Shown: positions 35,401 through 45,264 of the stretch, one piece after another
Layout of the letters: the number at the start of each line of letters is the position of its first letter
Numbering within the stretch: position 1 is the stretch's first letter
Source: a virus
DNA: 64,000 nt
Virus record (IMG/VR): IMGVR_UViG_3300007541_000018
Span: 3,076-67,075 of that record
Strand: one strand, 5' to 3'
Made by a program: the position numbers and the translations under genes
The notes under the pieces: generated by a model
Seen by the model: only the letters and a program-made list of their open reading frames with translations
Database searches by the model: none
Told to the model about the DNA's origin: nothing

Positions 35401-36410
35401 TTTGTTTTTGGAGTACAGATCTCAGTACCTGTACCATCATCTTTACAGAAATAGAATGTACAGTTACCCGCAGCTTGATCCGCAACAGGATCAATAAGGA
35501 TGTCATCACAGTTAGCCTCACATAAAGGAGAACTTCCATAATATCCACCAAGTCCTGCTGCCCCTACAGAGGACTGTATATTAGCACAGTTACACCCACC
35601 AACGCAAGTTATACCTAATTGTGTAGACCAAGTTTCAGCAGTAGCAACTACTCTAGTACAATCTCTAATTATCCGTATCCTTTCAGGTGTGGTTGTTGTA
35701 GTACCAGGAGAGCTAGATCCAGGCTCTACGACAGTTCCTACTATTTCACACTTCCATAAAGGACACGGACCTCCTTTTGGTGGCCTAGGCGCTGGTGTAG
35801 TAGGACCTAATCCTCTAAAACAACCTTCTAAAATAAGACACTCGTTCTTAGTAGGGTGTAAGGTTTCGTTATTACCTGAAATAGGTTCTTTGTCTGGGCA
35901 AACATCTCCTACAACCGTGAAAGTTATAAAACTAGCACAGCCTCCCTGTTGATATGTAAAAGGACACGCAAGCCCCCTCGCACTACAGACCCATCCACTA
36001 CAGGAGGTAATAGTAGGAGGAACTACTGGACAACAATCTACACATTTGGATGGAGGGAATCCTAAGGAACAATCCTCGCATCCAAATGCAGGAGGAGTTT
36101 GGCAGTCAGGGATACACCCTGCGTCTACTAACTGCCCTAATGTGTACACTCTATTGTTTATGTCACAATCAGGTATACCGTCACCGTCTTGGTCGTTCTG
36201 AGCAGGGTCCTCGCTTATACATTTAGTTAGAACTACAATACCATCACAGCCGTCATCACCATCATCACAATCCGTACAACCGCAATCACTAGGATCATCA
36301 CACCCTCCTCCGCAATCTGGACATCCTGGATCTGGGCCACAATCATCCCCAACGCAATCGTCAGGAGGCCCAAAGATCTTAAGAAAGCAGTTCTTAAATA
36401 CGGATGTCAT
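32409..36410 (-). CDS. 1333-aa protein with a very Cys-rich N-terminal half, probable virion component
   Basis: About 63 Cys counted in the first ~700 aa; DQDGDGIPD Ca-binding-like loop; embedded in the baseplate/fibre operon. Confidence 0.7.
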   Translation of the reverse strand: MTSVFKNCFLKIFGPPDDCVGDDCGPDPGCPDCGGGCDDPSDCGCTDCDDGDDGCDGIVVLTKCISEDPAQNDQDGDGIPDCDINNRVYTLGQLVDAGCIPDCQTPPAFGCEDCSLGFPPSKCVDCCPVVPPTITSCSGWVCSARGLACPFTYQQGGCASFITFTVVGDVCPDKEPISGNNETLHPTKNECLILEGCFRGLGPTTPAPRPPKGGPCPLWKCEIVGTVVEPGSSSPGTTTTTPERIRIIRDCTRVVATAETWSTQLGITCVGGCNCANIQSSVGAAGLGGYYGSSPLCEANCDDILIDPVADQAAGNCTFYFCKDDGTGTEICTPKTKPIQKWVFPPTSFGNTQDPQPPTICDHLIPAQGWYRDPNCNNKCEQGDPDGSGVFYCEDPANDGCTLKIVDPATIGPGNVLPDGTQVYPDAAGCRTAERCCVETSKTVWSCNKSSSPGGDTCLCVTSLTNPSCDFDDIPEGTFLTEDECYANTECCKPDSGDPSTGGAVNTIASQYPFDANGQPDSGIPIYYCEGDSVQIQCADAAAIAALSEDFDLSFESNANIAFSIDTGNILIGPEALEQPGAFFKISVDRNCCDNEPVGAIEVLLIDIARKLPPFTTLCSTSEPDITDPPVNGPEYCPVAYCDETNTCVRTFVLLRDITDLNFDPFSECPAEGTQIRFTLDINGSPTSILGIAGNSCPSQCTGQLRTYGLNTSVAQGTFSYKEVNTYTERLKGLRRNDKVFDTLADTRRFGLSGRSRTFTPIINPGYHQNLLGSHIHVSLYYALEGFTTNRTVPDAAYDDINQANLLQSLNPEARKIIQKATDTAGNSITGVILDKLIYLIRLNRLHEITLGDIRSISNHGENIYNSFPKGIASENNVLSIIDEKAKPLYYDKYLSEKTRDRMRVWKTLAPDLNKHILLVERDGTALEHPVSIQDQWFFEASGGIETKSILDGDFWLYTKRDGTPGYAGVFSDIAKAVMLDLVDAAKAVSLLGDKYSTKLTATSVPIARIEEEADLSAPRQDAYYMKLDLDEIEDLNRDKPLIRKTLCTYRWEQDFAVMDEWIKFKPWPYLTVYLDHEDPFLDHLEKRKSITAEFKDISFDSFIGYEEDFPTIPRRIPFYMVIIPTDDIRRTIKSVGSRSVDYSTREVTVPMFNLIENTSTKYGRWTPPGATISLPELGEDVDRNTSRVGGVEASTNINDISTRVKPYVNESEPLPRRPSAFRKFMSAIREAIDEGEYIDQDTKTMAWGTVYQRMDLDVKNAIKSYEVKEFNALRGKFLAGTPTPSEIINSELPRLTNVPPQDINTIDEFVKPVVTKRKITIDPDIPDGPILT

Positions 36411-36412
36411 TA

Positions 36413-38902
36413 TTAAGATAGACCTGATTTGAATGTAAAGGATCCAGAAGCGCCATCAGTTGAGTAGAAGTTGTTTATAAAGTTGCTATTCTTATAACCT
36501 ATAACAGTAAATTCTACTGTGGGGTAGGTAACTAGTATTGGGCTAAATGTAGCCATATCATATGTTTGGCCTCGGTAAGGACCACCACTCTCATTAAGGC
36601 CCTGCTTTCCGTCAAGGTTAGCTCCTCTCGTAATTAAGGCGTGATTCAATACCAGTACCCTGTTCATACCTGGGCCATCTCTAAAGGCATTGTAATCTAA
36701 ACTATCATCGGCATAGCTGTTATAGTAGGGTAAGATATAACCTGCTGGTTTTCCGAAGTATTGAAGTCCTTCATGAGGACAAGTTGTTCCTAAAGCTACA
36801 ATTATAGTAAAGCCTGTCTTACCTCTTTTCTGAACACTTATTCCTGTGTAGGTTTGGCCCTTCGCTACATCAGACTGGCCTCCTGCATCAAAAAGACCTG
36901 TCTCACTATTTAAAGCACACCCTACTAAGTTAGCCTGAACATCATAATCAGAATATCCAGCCAAGGCTCCCTCTTCAAAATCAATGTCCTTCTTAATGAA
37001 GAGGCATCCGTAAGTAGCCACTGCCCTCTTACCTCCTTGAGCTACGGATGCTCCCATGCCTCTTGATTGAATATCTACAATATTCTGATCTATGTTTCCT
37101 ACGCTTACTGATGTAGAGGCGTTTCCATGAATAACAGTAGAAAACAGCCTATCGTACCTTCTAGATCCTGCGTCATCTAAGGTTTCAAAGTAGTTGAAGT
37201 TAACATCCCAACCAGGGTATAATGGAAGTTCTTCCATATTACTTGGAAGATGTCCGTTAAGCTTTAATCCAGCGAGAAGACCTTCGCTGGTAGTGTTATC
37301 AATACCTTGCGTTGAATCTAAAAGAGCGGCTAGTCCACCCTCGACCCCCCACTTAGTACCTCCATAGATTGTACCAGTTCCTAGAAGCTGTCCTCTACCA
37401 GCGAGGTCATTTGCTAGTGTAGTCGTTGCTCCTAGGTTGGTTGTTAAGGTATTAATTTGAGAGTTAGTATGTCTTTTGCTCTTCCATACTGTGTCTCTTA
37501 ATTCGTGCTTTCCTACGGCTGGGTTTGCAAAAGACAAGGGTGGGTTAGCGGCGGCGATTCCTGCTCTTTCGTTATAGGCTAATTCTGTAGTTCTAAAGAA
37601 AGGTCTTATATCTAGAACATCGCTAGGCTCAATTAATTCCTTACCCTTCCTAACAAATACATACGCTAAAGGCAGTATGGTTTGTCCTATCAAAGCTTTT
37701 TTACTATCCCCTGCCTCGAACTCTTGAACCAGCAGAGGGGCTAAGTTCATAAGGTCATCAGGAGATGGGAAGTTAGTATAAGCATTCTCTATACCAATAT
37801 CGTTCTGATAGTTATCTGCTATAGGAGAGGTTATTCCATAGGTGCCGTCTGGTAGCGTGGCGTACTCTCCTTTTAAATAGTTTGTTGATTTATCAGAGTT
37901 TACTATGTACTCCTGATCTTCTAAGAATCCTGAAGTATCTAATAAAGAGTCCTGCCAATCTTCACCTAGAGCAGAAAGACTAACAAGTCCTGCTCCCTTT
38001 ACAACTCCAAGTTGGGGAGCGTAAATGGTAGTAGGATCGTCTCCATTAGGCTTGGCAATAGTAGTGTAGCTTGCATCTACTGGATGAGCGTACATGAAAA
38101 CTAAATCAACTCTAACGGTAGGTACGAAGTTAGACTTATTGTTGTAGTCTGCGTCACTGAATGCAGGAATTTCTACTTCTAGTTTAGAAGCGGAATTTAC
38201 AAGAGCAGTTCTTGCCGTGGCTCCCCAGGCTCTTGTAAATTCTACAGCGCCCTGCTGTAAGTCTATTCTACTAAAATCTCCATTCAATACAGAAGTACCT
38301 CTCTGCTTCCACAGAGCGGGTTTATTTTTTGGAATATTGTAGATATTATTTATTCCTTCATAGTTTTGAAGGAAATAAGTATAACCGTGTCTCCAATCTA
38401 AGGCAAAATCTACTAATGCCCTAGCTTCTGAGTTGTGATGTTGTAGATACTCGTATAGACCATTATTACCAAGTGCGTTATCTATAGACTCTCCTATTAA
38501 AGTATTTATAACATCATCACTGATATTAAAATCATACCTCTCTCTGGTGAGAGTTTCTAGTGCTGCTCTTGTGAATGAGAACGCACTTATGCCTTTATTA
38601 TAAGCATCGTTTATTCTGGCTATGAATCGACCAGGGTTTACATAAACAGTTCTACTTGCACCATTAGCATATGGCCTAAGCTCACCAAAGCTCTGTCTAC
38701 CTATTCCTGACAATGACTCGCTGGCGCTAATCTGATCCTTTAGCCATAGAATATTCTCCTCTAGCTGCTTTACTGGAATATTATCAACTTCCCAGTAGTA
38801 AGGATCATTAGCTTTAAAGTACCTTACAGGTTGAGTAAATTTATAAGGACTATTAATCCATGCGTAGCTTTCTTCTACAATTTGATTATCTCCAGTAGCC
38901 AT
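36413..38902 (-). CDS. Tail fibre / baseplate-associated protein
   Basis: N-terminal DNIPVKQLEENILWLK resembles the N.P..QL..RT.(W/Y)LK fibre anchor; also contains DVLDIRPFF. Confidence 0.55.
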   Translation of the reverse strand: MATGDNQIVEESYAWINSPYKFTQPVRYFKANDPYYWEVDNIPVKQLEENILWLKDQISASESLSGIGRQSFGELRPYANGASRTVYVNPGRFIARINDAYNKGISAFSFTRAALETLTRERYDFNISDDVINTLIGESIDNALGNNGLYEYLQHHNSEARALVDFALDWRHGYTYFLQNYEGINNIYNIPKNKPALWKQRGTSVLNGDFSRIDLQQGAVEFTRAWGATARTALVNSASKLEVEIPAFSDADYNNKSNFVPTVRVDLVFMYAHPVDASYTTIAKPNGDDPTTIYAPQLGVVKGAGLVSLSALGEDWQDSLLDTSGFLEDQEYIVNSDKSTNYLKGEYATLPDGTYGITSPIADNYQNDIGIENAYTNFPSPDDLMNLAPLLVQEFEAGDSKKALIGQTILPLAYVFVRKGKELIEPSDVLDIRPFFRTTELAYNERAGIAAANPPLSFANPAVGKHELRDTVWKSKRHTNSQINTLTTNLGATTTLANDLAGRGQLLGTGTIYGGTKWGVEGGLAALLDSTQGIDNTTSEGLLAGLKLNGHLPSNMEELPLYPGWDVNFNYFETLDDAGSRRYDRLFSTVIHGNASTSVSVGNIDQNIVDIQSRGMGASVAQGGKRAVATYGCLFIKKDIDFEEGALAGYSDYDVQANLVGCALNSETGLFDAGGQSDVAKGQTYTGISVQKRGKTGFTIIVALGTTCPHEGLQYFGKPAGYILPYYNSYADDSLDYNAFRDGPGMNRVLVLNHALITRGANLDGKQGLNESGGPYRGQTYDMATFSPILVTYPTVEFTVIGYKNSNFINNFYSTDGASGSFTFKSGLS

Positions 38903-41900
38903 CAGTTTCTCCTAAGATCAAACATTGTTGTTCCTTTAAATCCTACACCTAGCTTATCAGTATTTATGGAGTCGGACATTCCGTAAGGTGCGTTCGTAGC
39001 CTTGTATATATCTACTAATTTTGGTCTTCCTAAAAATTCCAAAGAGTTATGTTTTGCATTTGCAAAAGTATTAGCGGCAGACTCATCCAGTCTAATGGTC
39101 TGCCTAGACGAATCTAAGAATCTTTGAGGCAGGTAGTACCCTGAGGTAGAGAACTCATCATTATAGCTATTAAATAGATATAGACTTGGGAATTGAGATT
39201 GTGCCGTGACTGGGCTCGTAGAGCAGTCTGCCGATAAGAAATACCCTTGGGCTATTGTTTGATACGGCCTACTGTCCTCCTCAGGATAGACTCCCCCTGA
39301 CGCATACGATAATGCCATAGCAGCAGAATCTACATCAAAGAATATTCTAAATGGCCCTTGGTTAGCGTATGTTCCTGAAACTCCAAAGGTATCAGCATTT
39401 GCATTTCTAACAGTACCCCACCCAGAAAACTCCGCGTTTAAACACCCTGCGCTTACATAAACAGCACTTCCGTAGAAATCTAGAATAGACAGAGTACTAG
39501 TTTCAATAGAACCTGAACCATTGTAAGGATTGTCTACGAAGGATCCATAAGCTACGGAAGAAGGGTCTGAAGGATCAACTCCACTTAGGTATGCTGCTCT
39601 AGGTCCGTGATGACCTGCAAGCCCAGGCCAAGTCCCACCCACAGAACAGTAACTAGCGTTGAGTGTAGACTGCCCTGTGATGGCCCATATTCTAAGATCA
39701 TTACATCCTCCTGGAATTGAAGTATCGTAATATACTTCATCTGCGACGACAGGTCCTACATAGAAGTTAACATTATCAACATCTACAGTACTGTTATTAT
39801 GAGCCCTTACGACAATACCTCCATTAGAAATATTTTCTCTAAAGGATGCGTCTGTCATACCTCCTTCAATGTTAGCTAAGTACCAAAGATTAGGAATACC
39901 TCCTGTGGTATTCTTTGTAAACTTGAAGAAAGATCCTGGTTGGGAAGTGTAGTTATACTTTTGTTCGTATGCAGCTAGAATGTGGGGTCTAATAGAATCT
40001 TCCTTGTTAGTACAAAGAAGTTTCATTGAACCTCCGTATCTTAATGAGGATGCATCCCCATCTAGCCTTGCAGGACTAGTAACTACCTCACCGCCAATTG
40101 GGTCCCATATATTTAAGGAATCTCCCAAATCTTTCATGGAGATTCTAGATCCGTTCATAGCTACTAGATTAGACTTTATAGCGTGTAGTTCTACTGCTGT
40201 GTGGTTTCCAGAAGCCCCTAGATTCCACTCGTATCTATCCTGATGGGCAAATTCTATTACAGAGTTGTTCTCTGCGTAGCAATCCACCGAAGCTGCTCCA
40301 ATGAAGGTAGGTCCTTGGAATTTTAATGTTGCGGAGTTTAGGGCTGCTAGTGCAGCGCCGTCTGCATCTCCATTAACAAACCCTGTGATTATGCTTGCTA
40401 TGGTTTCACTACCTATAAAATTCAATGTGGATCCAACTGATCTCGCTAGGTAACCTTTTGTTCCATATCCAGTAGCAAGAGAACCTGCGCCATCAGAAGT
40501 ACCCCCGTTAACAGAAATACCTGTACCTAGTCTGGTGTGAGCTAGGATAACATCAGACTCTACTAGGTCAACTGCGGGTTCAATGCTTCCATCTGAAGAA
40601 GATAAGAAGTGGTCAGCAATCAAAGTCGCTGCGATACCTGATACTGAATTATCTTTTTCAAATGGATACCAGTTGCAGTTATTAAATACAAGATGCTGTC
40701 CATTAGCATGTAGTAAATATGTATAGTCTTTATCTATTTTAGTTCCATTACCCACACCAGCTAAGGTATTTTGTGGATTTACATCGGGTCTTCCATATGT
40801 AAAAGAAGTATTGTGACCTCTAATACCTACAGTATCATTGTACTGTACGGCATACTCATCAAAATCAAAGAATGACCCGTTGGAGTTTATTCCAACATTG
40901 TTATTGAATATATCTAACTGACCTTGGAACTGCACATCACTCTCTGCTACCTCCATACCTGTAGCACAGAACGATATATGCAACTCACCTGCATTCTCAG
41001 AAGTCACTTGTGAGTTCTTTAGGATCATGCCATAATCTTGATCAGATATGGAGAAAAGAACATCATTACCGCTAAGAACACTGTCTCCAACAAAATTTAT
41101 TTTTGAGTTTAGTGCATTAATTCCTACAGTGCGGACATCCTTTCTGGTTGTTGAGGTAAGAGGCTCGTAGTTTCTAGAAACTACGAATCTTCTTCTAAGG
41201 TTAACTTGAGAATTTAAAACCTCAACACCTTTATCAGAGGCTCTCGTTACAAAACAATCTTCTAAAGTTATGTTGTCTGTATTTTGGATATCAATTCCTA
41301 TTGCAGACCTTGTAGTATAAGGGATCGTCTTTCCTTCTGCGCCAACTACATTAAATCTTCTTATCCAAATGGGTCCGTTACAGTTTCTAACTTTTATAGA
41401 TCTTAAGAAATTGTTTGAAGCAAATCCGTTTGCACCTAATGAATTTAAGCCTACACCATTTGATCTAAGTAATGGATTTCCTAATGCATTTAGTGAAGAT
41501 ATGTCTAAAACATCTACGGTATCATCTACAATAACAGAAAGAGCATTTTTAATGTCTCTTACTCTAAACAGATCTCCTGAAATCCAATCGTTAGCTCCTA
41601 AGTCGGTGGCCGTATTCTGAGCTAATGTAGTGGACAACCTTTGAGATCTCATAGAACGGGTTGCACCATAGTTAGTCATCTGTGCTACAGCTATGAAATC
41701 TAAAGGGTTAGTCCATAGAGAAGATGTATTAGCACTTAAAGATAGGGCAGAAGTGGTTTCAATTACATCAACTGCTTCCGAAGAACTAACTTCTAATATT
41801 GCGTAACTATCACCATCTTCATCAGTATACTTAGCAGAGCTTGGCTTGAAATCAGTCCAAACTCTGTTTACAATCTCTAAGGAACCTCCGTCCTCACATG

Positions 41901-42267
41901 TAATATTATTTAAAGTTAGATCTCCTAGATCACCTGTATCTGCTACTTCAATAATTACAGGCATTCTTATTATCTCAGGAAGGGCTTCTACAGCCTCCTG
42001 AACAGTAGTGAATACATTAGCACTTAACTCTATACCAGTGGGGATTGTAGAAGATACTACGAGGGCTAGTCCTGGTAACGAGGAGGTGGCCCATCCAGTA
42101 GCCTTCTCCCATAAGTAGTAAGTTCTCTCCTCTAAGTCGTGTAAAGGGAGGTTATCTTGCTCCCAGTTATAGAATGCAGAGCTATCAAACTTGGTTACTA
42201 AAGGGTTCCAGTAGTTGTAAAGAACTACACCACTAGATACTGTATAAATGTCGTTGGAATCAAACAT
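38902..42267 (-). CDS. Tailspike-like protein with a beta-helix
   Basis: DNLPLHDLEERTYYLWEK anchor, FTTVQEAVEALP beta-helix cap, then G(I/V)...NS repeats. Confidence 0.65.
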   Translation of the reverse strand: MFDSNDIYTVSSGVVLYNYWNPLVTKFDSSAFYNWEQDNLPLHDLEERTYYLWEKATGWATSSLPGLALVVSSTIPTGIELSANVFTTVQEAVEALPEIIRMPVIIEVADTGDLGDLTLNNITCEDGGSLEIVNRVWTDFKPSSAKYTDEDGDSYAILEVSSSEAVDVIETTSALSLSANTSSLWTNPLDFIAVAQMTNYGATRSMRSQRLSTTLAQNTATDLGANDWISGDLFRVRDIKNALSVIVDDTVDVLDISSLNALGNPLLRSNGVGLNSLGANGFASNNFLRSIKVRNCNGPIWIRRFNVVGAEGKTIPYTTRSAIGIDIQNTDNITLEDCFVTRASDKGVEVLNSQVNLRRRFVVSRNYEPLTSTTRKDVRTVGINALNSKINFVGDSVLSGNDVLFSISDQDYGMILKNSQVTSENAGELHISFCATGMEVAESDVQFQGQLDIFNNNVGINSNGSFFDFDEYAVQYNDTVGIRGHNTSFTYGRPDVNPQNTLAGVGNGTKIDKDYTYLLHANGQHLVFNNCNWYPFEKDNSVSGIAATLIADHFLSSSDGSIEPAVDLVESDVILAHTRLGTGISVNGGTSDGAGSLATGYGTKGYLARSVGSTLNFIGSETIASIITGFVNGDADGAALAALNSATLKFQGPTFIGAASVDCYAENNSVIEFAHQDRYEWNLGASGNHTAVELHAIKSNLVAMNGSRISMKDLGDSLNIWDPIGGEVVTSPARLDGDASSLRYGGSMKLLCTNKEDSIRPHILAAYEQKYNYTSQPGSFFKFTKNTTGGIPNLWYLANIEGGMTDASFRENISNGGIVVRAHNNSTVDVDNVNFYVGPVVADEVYYDTSIPGGCNDLRIWAITGQSTLNASYCSVGGTWPGLAGHHGPRAAYLSGVDPSDPSSVAYGSFVDNPYNGSGSIETSTLSILDFYGSAVYVSAGCLNAEFSGWGTVRNANADTFGVSGTYANQGPFRIFFDVDSAAMALSYASGGVYPEEDSRPYQTIAQGYFLSADCSTSPVTAQSQFPSLYLFNSYNDEFSTSGYYLPQRFLDSSRQTIRLDESAANTFANAKHNSLEFLGRPKLVDIYKATNAPYGMSDSINTDKLGVGFKGTTMFDLRRN

Positions 42268-42270
42268 GGT

Positions 42271-42852
42271 TTAAAATTGGAGGGTCCAGAGGAAAACCAA
42301 AGAGAAAGCATCTGTTTTAGTTATTCCCGTAAAAGGTCTATAGGCTACAAGAATAGGTGAGGGAGTTATTAATCCTTGAGGATTCTTCATAAACAACCCT
42401 ACCTCAGACAGGTCTGTAGATAAATTAGCCGTCTGGTTATCAAGAACTAAAGTATACCTTACAGATGTTTTGGAAAGTCTGTGTACATTACTATACCGTA
42501 TTTGAGCAAATGTTTTAGGAGATGCAAGAACCCCGTTCTCTATAGGACTAAGTGAATCTAAAACTAGATCAGTGTTTGGGCCATAGTCAGAGTACCCATC
42601 TAAGGCAGAAGTTAGTGAAAAGGTAGATGCTCCGTAATCCTCAGTATCCCCAGAAACACCTACCTGAAAATGGGTAATCTGAAATCCTTCTATCGTTTCA
42701 GATCCAGAGGCTGAGAACAAGTGTGATAACGCTACGCCCATACCTGAAGTAATGACATTATGATCATCCCACACCTGCTCTCTAGATCCGTCAGGATATA
42801 CCTTATAAATCTCTAAATGGCCCGTTGGGGTAAATTTGCTTTTTTTAGACAT
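42271..42852 (-). CDS. Baseplate wedge / fibre-attachment protein (paralogue 1)
   Basis: GHLEI...HNVITSG...FQVG...LSEVGLF...LVAYRPF..ITKT..FSL.F.W.L.F pattern. ATAAATA lies 9 nt upstream (42862-42868). Confidence 0.6.
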   Translation of the reverse strand: MSKKSKFTPTGHLEIYKVYPDGSREQVWDDHNVITSGMGVALSHLFSASGSETIEGFQITHFQVGVSGDTEDYGASTFSLTSALDGYSDYGPNTDLVLDSLSPIENGVLASPKTFAQIRYSNVHRLSKTSVRYTLVLDNQTANLSTDLSEVGLFMKNPQGLITPSPILVAYRPFTGITKTDAFSLVFLWTLQF

Positions 42853-42873
42853 AGCTAACCTTATTTATTATAC

Positions 42874-45264
42874 TCAGAATGTGAAAAGAGTTTTCTGATT
42901 TCCCGTATCTGTTATCACACAATTACCCTCTCTCTCAGTACTTATAATACTGTTTCTAGACTGATAAGGTCTTGGGACAGTCTGATCATGGGAATCTGAT
43001 GAATATGAGTTTTCATATTGTAAATAGGCGAATTGAGAGCCTGACACATCCTGAGGTATTGAAGCGTAAGAAGGTGTCTCTAGCGAGCTAGTTACACAAG
43101 GGTAAAGCTTATAATACTGTTGGGCACCTAGGCCATTCTCAGATAAGCTATGGCCTAAAGTGCCCTCACATACAGAGGCAGGTACGCTTACCACTAACCA
43201 AGCTCTATACCAACCATCACCTACATCCTCGAAATTGGCCGAGGCAGTAAAATCCCCACCTTCAACCAAAGACTCCACATCCAAAATAGAGCCATCCCAT
43301 TTGAATATAGCTTTACAACTAGCCACAGTCTCTTCTCCAACTATGCTAAGTGGAAGATCTCCGTAACCGGAGGATCCTATCTCTAATGCAAAATACTTAG
43401 ATGACATTACTATATCATCTCCATCAGGAGCAGCCTCCATTTGGATTGAGCTAAAGTTTTTACAGTAAACCGATAGGGCTACTGTGCTCATACTGGATGT
43501 AAAGTATTTTTCTTGAGGAACTGACCCGTTACTCCTGCTGGCAGCATCCTCCTCTGACCCAGCGTAGCTCTCTGTTATGTACACTGGGGCTCTACTAGGG
43601 GTTGGGTAGGCGTAAAATTCTTTAGGTATGTAGACTATATCTGATCTCCTTTGAAGGTCAGGGGATTCATCTACCTCATAAGTTTTAAGTAATATATTCT
43701 GTTGAGGAGGTGCCGAATAGTATGAATCCACCTTGTAATCATGGTTAGATATTATACCTGGGTAAAAATGGGATGGACCTCCTACAGTAAGTCTATACGC
43801 CCTATCATTTAAAGAATTAAAATTTTCAGGATAAGCGTCGATATAGTTGTAGTCCACAGTAGGGTTTGGGACTTCCATACTTCTAAAGTAATTAGGGAAT
43901 GCTACTGTGTTATAATAAGGCTCTGTGTAAACTAGGTTAGTAGAACTTACATAGTAATCATACCCAGTGGACCCTATAAGGATAAAGTCTCCACTAGTCT
44001 CACCCGCAGGTATGGTTAGAATATTTCCTCCTGCTATAGCAGCCAACCCGTCTCCAGAAATATCTAAGAAAATATGTACATCATCTAAACTTGCTTTGTT
44101 CAATACAACTGATCCTAGTGCAGAGGCTGCCCCAGAGCCCCAAGACGCAACATAGGTCCCTGGAGGTATGTCTAAATCTGTTACAACTCCTTGTGCGGCT
44201 ACCGTAACAGCACTAAACTCTGCTATAGGCATGGCTAGGTTACTTCTTATGTTAACCTGAAGCTTGTTGGGTTTTCCGTATTTAAAGTACTCCGTAATAT
44301 CCTTATCTCCTGTGAACTCTTTTAGATGTATATCTAAAGTTTTGTTACCGTAGTATAAAGGATTTCCAAGAGCCTGTATTCTTAGCTCAACGCTCTCATC
44401 CCCTGTAGGTATAAACACAGGAGATGAAGGTGTTATGTTATAGTGTACGCCTTGCTCCGCATCTCCTGATAAATCAAAATAGAGATACCCTCCTTCTTTG
44501 ATTGGGTTCATAGTTTCTACTAGAGCGGTGAACACTTGGCCTGAGCGAATGTATTTTGTGTATTGATCTCCTGAAGGTACTTCCTTTACTGTAGGGTAGA
44601 AGTACATTGCCTCGCCTAGTCGATCTGAGTAGAAGTCCCCTTTTGAGAAATCAATAGACCATTCTAAATCAATTGCAAACTCGTTAGTTTTATAAATAGG
44701 AGTTTCTAAACTTTTATACGCAGCCAGTACTATCTTGTCTTCATCTAGATGCCTCTCTGGATTTGCTATGAACAGTCCAAACTCTTTAATGTTATTACCT
44801 ACAGCGGCTTCCTTATCTATATTAATCTTTATATTAAGTATACCGTCATTAAATGTAGAAACCCACTCAGGCTGTAATACAGCAGCTACAACGGAACTTG
44901 TAGTAAATACTGTGTCGATCTCCTTCTTCCATTTTTCTTTTACTGTTATAGCATCTCTCTGTACAACTTCTAGCGTTGATTCTATACCATACGAATCAAC
45001 TAAAGGATAGGCCCTAGCTAAACTGTATAAAGATTTTTTTACAGAGTCTGGCTGTGCGGAAGAATAGTTTTCGTTTAAATTATGTGCAGCGTCTCCGATC
45101 TGGAAATAGCCTAACTGAAAATCTCGTACATGAGCAGAAGGTGGAGATGTCATCAAATTAGTTAATGACATACTCAAACCATCGGTAAGAGTATTATCTC
45201 TTTCGATGTATACAACTTCCTCACGGTCGTCGTATACCTTTTTAACTGTAACATAGCCTATCAT
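42874..45264 (-). CDS. Baseplate wedge / fibre-attachment protein (paralogue 2) with Calx-beta-like and beta-sandwich extensions
   Basis: Same N-terminal domain (DNTLTDG..FQIG..IKEFGLF..LAAYK..IYKT.EF..WSIDF), then IPTG/IPAGE units and EDVGDGWYR. Confidence 0.6.
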   Translation of the reverse strand: MIGYVTVKKVYDDREEVVYIERDNTLTDGLSMSLTNLMTSPPSAHVRDFQLGYFQIGDAAHNLNENYSSAQPDSVKKSLYSLARAYPLVDSYGIESTLEVVQRDAITVKEKWKKEIDTVFTTSSVVAAVLQPEWVSTFNDGILNIKINIDKEAAVGNNIKEFGLFIANPERHLDEDKIVLAAYKSLETPIYKTNEFAIDLEWSIDFSKGDFYSDRLGEAMYFYPTVKEVPSGDQYTKYIRSGQVFTALVETMNPIKEGGYLYFDLSGDAEQGVHYNITPSSPVFIPTGDESVELRIQALGNPLYYGNKTLDIHLKEFTGDKDITEYFKYGKPNKLQVNIRSNLAMPIAEFSAVTVAAQGVVTDLDIPPGTYVASWGSGAASALGSVVLNKASLDDVHIFLDISGDGLAAIAGGNILTIPAGETSGDFILIGSTGYDYYVSSTNLVYTEPYYNTVAFPNYFRSMEVPNPTVDYNYIDAYPENFNSLNDRAYRLTVGGPSHFYPGIISNHDYKVDSYYSAPPQQNILLKTYEVDESPDLQRRSDIVYIPKEFYAYPTPSRAPVYITESYAGSEEDAASRSNGSVPQEKYFTSSMSTVALSVYCKNFSSIQMEAAPDGDDIVMSSKYFALEIGSSGYGDLPLSIVGEETVASCKAIFKWDGSILDVESLVEGGDFTASANFEDVGDGWYRAWLVVSVPASVCEGTLGHSLSENGLGAQQYYKLYPCVTSSLETPSYASIPQDVSGSQFAYLQYENSYSSDSHDQTVPRPYQSRNSIISTEREGNCVITDTGNQKTLFTF

